From NCBI GenBank assembly GCA_000934665.2, contig JYFJ02002749.1, positions 1-51,586 of the forward strand: a stretch of DNA of 51,586 bases, in the 5' to 3' direction. The translations under genes and the position numbers were made by a program. Under the pieces are notes generated by a model. It ran no database searches, had not been told where the DNA came from, and saw nothing but the letters and a program-made list of their open reading frames with translations. Source of the DNA: Catajapyx aquilonaris. Lineage: Eukaryota. Shown in pieces: positions 47,580 through 51,586 of this stretch. The first letter of the stretch is position 1, and each line of letters opens with the position of its first letter.

Positions 47580-50500
47580 ATGTCGGACAGCGAGGAGGAT
47601 TCGGAGAATGGGAGTGATGCTGGGTCTGAGAGGGGCGGAAGGGTTGCTGCGGATGAGGCGGAGGAAGGGGAGCCAGAGCAGGTGGAGGACGAGGAGGAGC
47701 CAGAAGGAGAGGACCTCAACTCAGAGGTATGCTGCGTCACCTGACCTGTACCTCCCTTTTTCCTCCTGTATTTAATAGCTAACACAGCGTAGTCAGTGAG
47801 TGGTATCAAGATGACACCTCAAAAGGTCCCAGTGGACCTATCACAGGGTTTCTAATTACACTCGACTCCCGAAGCAGTTTGGAGTGGACAAGGTGTTCGA
47901 CTGCTAATTGGGAGGTCCTGGGTTCGAGACCCGGGGCCGGCAATCCTAGCCTTGGTTTTCTGTGGTTTCCCACTGTCCCTCCAGGAGAATTCCGGGATTG
48001 CTTCCTAAATAATAGGCCGCAGCCGCTTCCTTCCGTCCCTATCCTATCCCAAAAAGCGAAGTAAATGAAAGCAAAGAGTTCCAGTCAAAACAAAAAATTG
48101 GGATGGACTCCCCCCGTAAAGAGCCGCCGGCTCATAACGGGGTGTGAATTATTATTATTATTATTATTATTATTAATTACACTCGACTGCTGATTACTGT
48201 CCATGCTAATGAATGCATGGGTGTCTCTGAATATTCGTAAAACGCAGATAATTCAAAACTGGTCATAGATACCGTAAAAATTAGCTATTCACAGGTTTTA
48301 AAAATGTACTACTGTACATAGTGAATGCAGCTTAACTACGAAGGTTTAATAAAAATAATGAAACTTACCAAATATTTTTAGTTTGTTTTCTAGAAAGAGG
48401 CTGTCACATTTCTATGCTTGTGAGACATATTGACATTTCTCCGTACTGCTATTTCTAACTTTACATTTTAGAGATGACGGATAATCTACAACGTGGATAA
48501 GGCGTACCCGGATAATCAGGAGTACAGGGTATTATAAATACAACTACCATATTGTTATTAGAAAATTGTGCTGAACTTCTGATCATGACTGTTATCATAA
48601 ATTGTTCCAATTTTCAATGGGCTCTGTGCTATGTACTTTTGTGCTAAGCGATATATTTGCTTCATGCAGGATGAGTATGATGAAGAGGAGGAGGAGGATG
48701 AAGAAAGAGGGGGCAGAAAGAAACGGAAGAAAGACCGATATGGAGGATTCATCATTGATGAGGCTGAGGTGGATGATGAAGTGGAAGATGAGGAAGAATG
48801 GGAAGAGGGGGCAGACCAGTATGGGATAGTTAATGAGAGCGATGAGGTGGGACCCACAGCACGAGAAATTGAAGGGAGGCAGCGGAGGCACACCATGTGG
48901 GAGTAAGTTGGATACCGTCATCATTCAGTGTGTGTGGTATATGTTGGTGATTGGTTCTAAAATAACATATGTATCGTGTCTCCTGCAGTAGCCAGAAGGA
49001 AGATGAGATAGAAGAATACCTGCGTAAGAAGTATGCAGATGAAACGTCAGCCCACAGGCACTTTGGGGAGGGAGGAGAAGAGATGTCTGATGAGATAACA
49101 CAACAGACATTACTTCCTGGAGTCAAGTGCGTGTCGTCATTCTCATCGTTTTCAAAAAGTGTTTGCCAGTCATTGAAACTATTAACATTCCTCATTATTG
49201 TGTAGAGATCCAAACCTGTGGATGGTCAAGTGCAAGATCGGGGAGGAAAAAGCAACTGTTCTTCAGCTGATGCGCAAGTTTGTGGCCTACCATGTTACTG
49301 ATGACCCCCTGCAGATCAAGTCGGTTGTAGCCCCAGAAGGAGTCAAGGGCTACATATATGTGGAGGCATATAAGCAGACTCATGTGAAGCAGGCCATAAG
49401 TGGTGTGGGCAACCTGCGCATGGGGCAATGGACGCAGCAGATGGTTCCCATCAAAGAGATGACTGATGTGCTGCGAGTTGTCAAAGAGCAGGTGGGGTTG
49501 AAGCCCAAGCAGTGGGTGCGCCTCAAAAGAGGACTGTACAAGGACGACATTGCTCAGGTGGATTATGTGGACTGGGCACAGAACCAGATCCATCTGAAGC
49601 TTCTCCCAAGGATTGACTACACCAAGCCCAGGGGAGCACTTCGGACACCACAGACGGTTAGTTTTGGTGTTAAAATATGAGGTGTGAAAGATGAAAGTGG
49701 TTTATATCGATAGTTTTGAATATTAGGCCTATTCCTTTGGGTCTGAAATTTTAGCCATAAGAGACTTCACATTGCTTGTACAAATGCCATGAATGCAGCT
49801 GTTAATTTTCTCATGAAAGATTTTTATCTGGATTTCTCCAGGAGAATGACCTGAAGCGCAAAAAGAAGCGTCGCCCAGTGGCAAAGGCATTTGACCCGGA
49901 AGCCATCCGCAGTATAGGCGGGGAGGTCACAAGTGACGGAGACTTTCTCATTTTTGAAGGGAACCGCTATTCTCGCAAGGGTTTTCTTTACAAGAACTTT
50001 TCCATGTCGGCCATCATAACAGAAGGGGTGAAGCCCACTCTCTCTGAGCTGACTCGCTTTGAAGAGTCCCCTGAGAATGTGGACGTAGAACTTTCCTCTA
50101 CATCTCGATCAGATGACGTCAGCCACTCCTTCTCAACTGGAGATAATGTGGAGGTTTTTGAGGGAGAGTTGATGAACCTCCAGGGAAAGATCCTGGCTAT
50201 CGATGGAAACAAGATAACCATCATGCCCAAACATGAAGACCTTAAGGTATGATTACAGTTTTACCCTTTCCTATTGCTTTTGTGTTGTCCATGGTGAGCA
50301 ATTGAGTGTGACCTTGTTTTATTCATGAATTTAAAATAAGCCAAAATGCAGTAATAATTTGCCTCAAGTTACTGGAGTTGGCATTAGCCGGATCACAGTG
50401 TCCAAAGTCACATGGAGCAAAGAGTCGCTGAATTTTTAGTGTTTTTCCCACGTACGGGTAGTGTAAGTTGTCATTTACCTTAAAATCTGAATGTGAGGAA

Positions 50501-51586
50501 TATTTCTTGTTGCAGGATCCACTGGAGTTCCAGGCACATGAGTTGCGGAAGTTCTTCAGAATGGGTGATCACGTGAAGGTGATTGGTGGTCGATATGAAG
50601 GGGACACTGGCCTGATAGTACGAGTGGCTGATGACTTCATAGTCCTCTTCTCTGACCTAACCATGCATGAGCTCAAGGTTAGACCTAGGGACCTTCAGCT
50701 TTGCTCTGACATGGCAACAGGTGTTGATGCCTTAGGACAATTCCAGTGGGGAGATCTGGTCCAGTTGGAGTAAGTTTTCTGCGGAATTATGATGTGCCTA
50801 GTTTTTTGAAGTGATTATGGAGGGTTGCAATATGTATACGTTATGCTCCTTATACGTGCAGAATGCAAATTAAAATAACTGTCTATCACTTCGGCCGTTG
50901 TAGAGATTGCTAGATACTCTGCAGACTTGCCTCTAAAATTCTCATTACTCCACTAACAATCTTTTCAATTAGTCCTCAGACGGTGGGCGTGATAGTTCGC
51001 TTGGAGCGTGAGAACTTCCACATACTGAACATGCATGGAAAACTGGTCCAGATGAAGCCACAAGCCCTGCAAAAGAAGAAGGAGTCACGCTACGTGGTGG
51101 CCCTGGATTCGGAGCAAAATGCCATCCAGAAGAAAGACATTGTGACTGTCATTGATGGGCCACACTCGGGGAGGGAGGGTGAAATCAAGCATCTGTACCG
51201 CAACTTTGCTTTCCTGCACTCTCGCATGTACCTGGAGAATGGCGGAATATTTGTTTGCAAGACAAGACATCTCTGCCAAGCTGGTGGGGCAAAGGTCAGT
51301 TGTGTCATCTCTCTCTGCCAATGACCAAATTTTCTGAAGGATTGCAGTATTTTTTAAACTGTCAGCAAGGAGCCAAGTAATTATTCGGCAGGCTCATAAT
51401 AACCTGATGTGTAATACTAAGGTAATTAAAAAAATTGCCAATTGATTAGTCAATTAGTGTCATAAATGTTGTATAAAATATTAATGTCGTATAAAATATT
51501 AATTGTGCAACTGGATATAATGAAACTCTTGTCCTCTTAAACTGAAACATCGCCTTACATATTTTTTTGTTGGCAGAATCCAAACC
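47580..51586 (+). CDS. Spt5: Transcription elongation factor SPT5 (acidic N-terminus, NGN, KOW domains); truncated by the window end
   Basis: Exons 47580-47726, 48670-48902, 48989-49126, 49206-49656, 49842-50246, 50516-50769, 50973-51294, 51577-(end). Motifs [111 protein letters not shown]. Confidence 0.97.
47868..48173 (+). mobile_element. tRNA-derived SINE with (ATT)n tail and 15-bp TSD in the Spt5 intron after the first coding exon
   Basis: A-box-like TTGGAGTGG and B-box GGTTCGAGACC (~47921); central GGTTTTCTGTGGTTTCCC...CCGCTTCCTTCC block; (ATT)n tail; identical TSD TAATTACACTCGACT at 47853-47867 and 48174-48188. Confidence 0.9.

Noticed and set aside
47868..47945. Possible tRNA gene
   Set aside because: A/B boxes are present, but there is no clean cloverleaf; it continues into a SINE body, tail and TSD.

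Overview
Eukaryotic genomic DNA, most likely from an arthropod (probably a non-dipteran insect or hexapod; the taxon is inferred, not established). Introns are mostly short GT-AG. I reconstructed these spliced genes by hand with consistent exon phases: an uncharacterised His-rich protein (10276-11233,+); NEMO/Kenny/optineurin-family adaptor (14615-18030,+); TRIM23/ARD1 (18587-24204,-); NEK8 kinase with RCC1 repeats (24524-28588,+); U2 snRNP A' (28855-30571,-); caspase-activated DNase DFFB/CAD (31176-33304,+); calcyphosin-like EF-hand protein (42318-43433,+); and Spt5 (47580 to the window end,+). There is also a candidate small secreted Cys-containing protein gene that the ORF track shows only as fragments (43945-44880,-). 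The five genes between 14.6 and 33.3 kb alternate strand with very short gaps. Mobile DNA includes a Helentron-like remnant with a broken PIF1-helicase fragment, a Tc4/Tc5-like foldback MITE, Harbinger-, Sola-, hAT- and piggyBac-like MITEs, and a tRNA-derived SINE with a 15-bp TSD. The most interesting observations are the tail-to-tail NEMO-TRIM23 pair (a known substrate/E3 pair in mammals) and the orphan secreted-protein gene. Regions 1-10 kb and 33.4-41.9 kb have no gene I can support.
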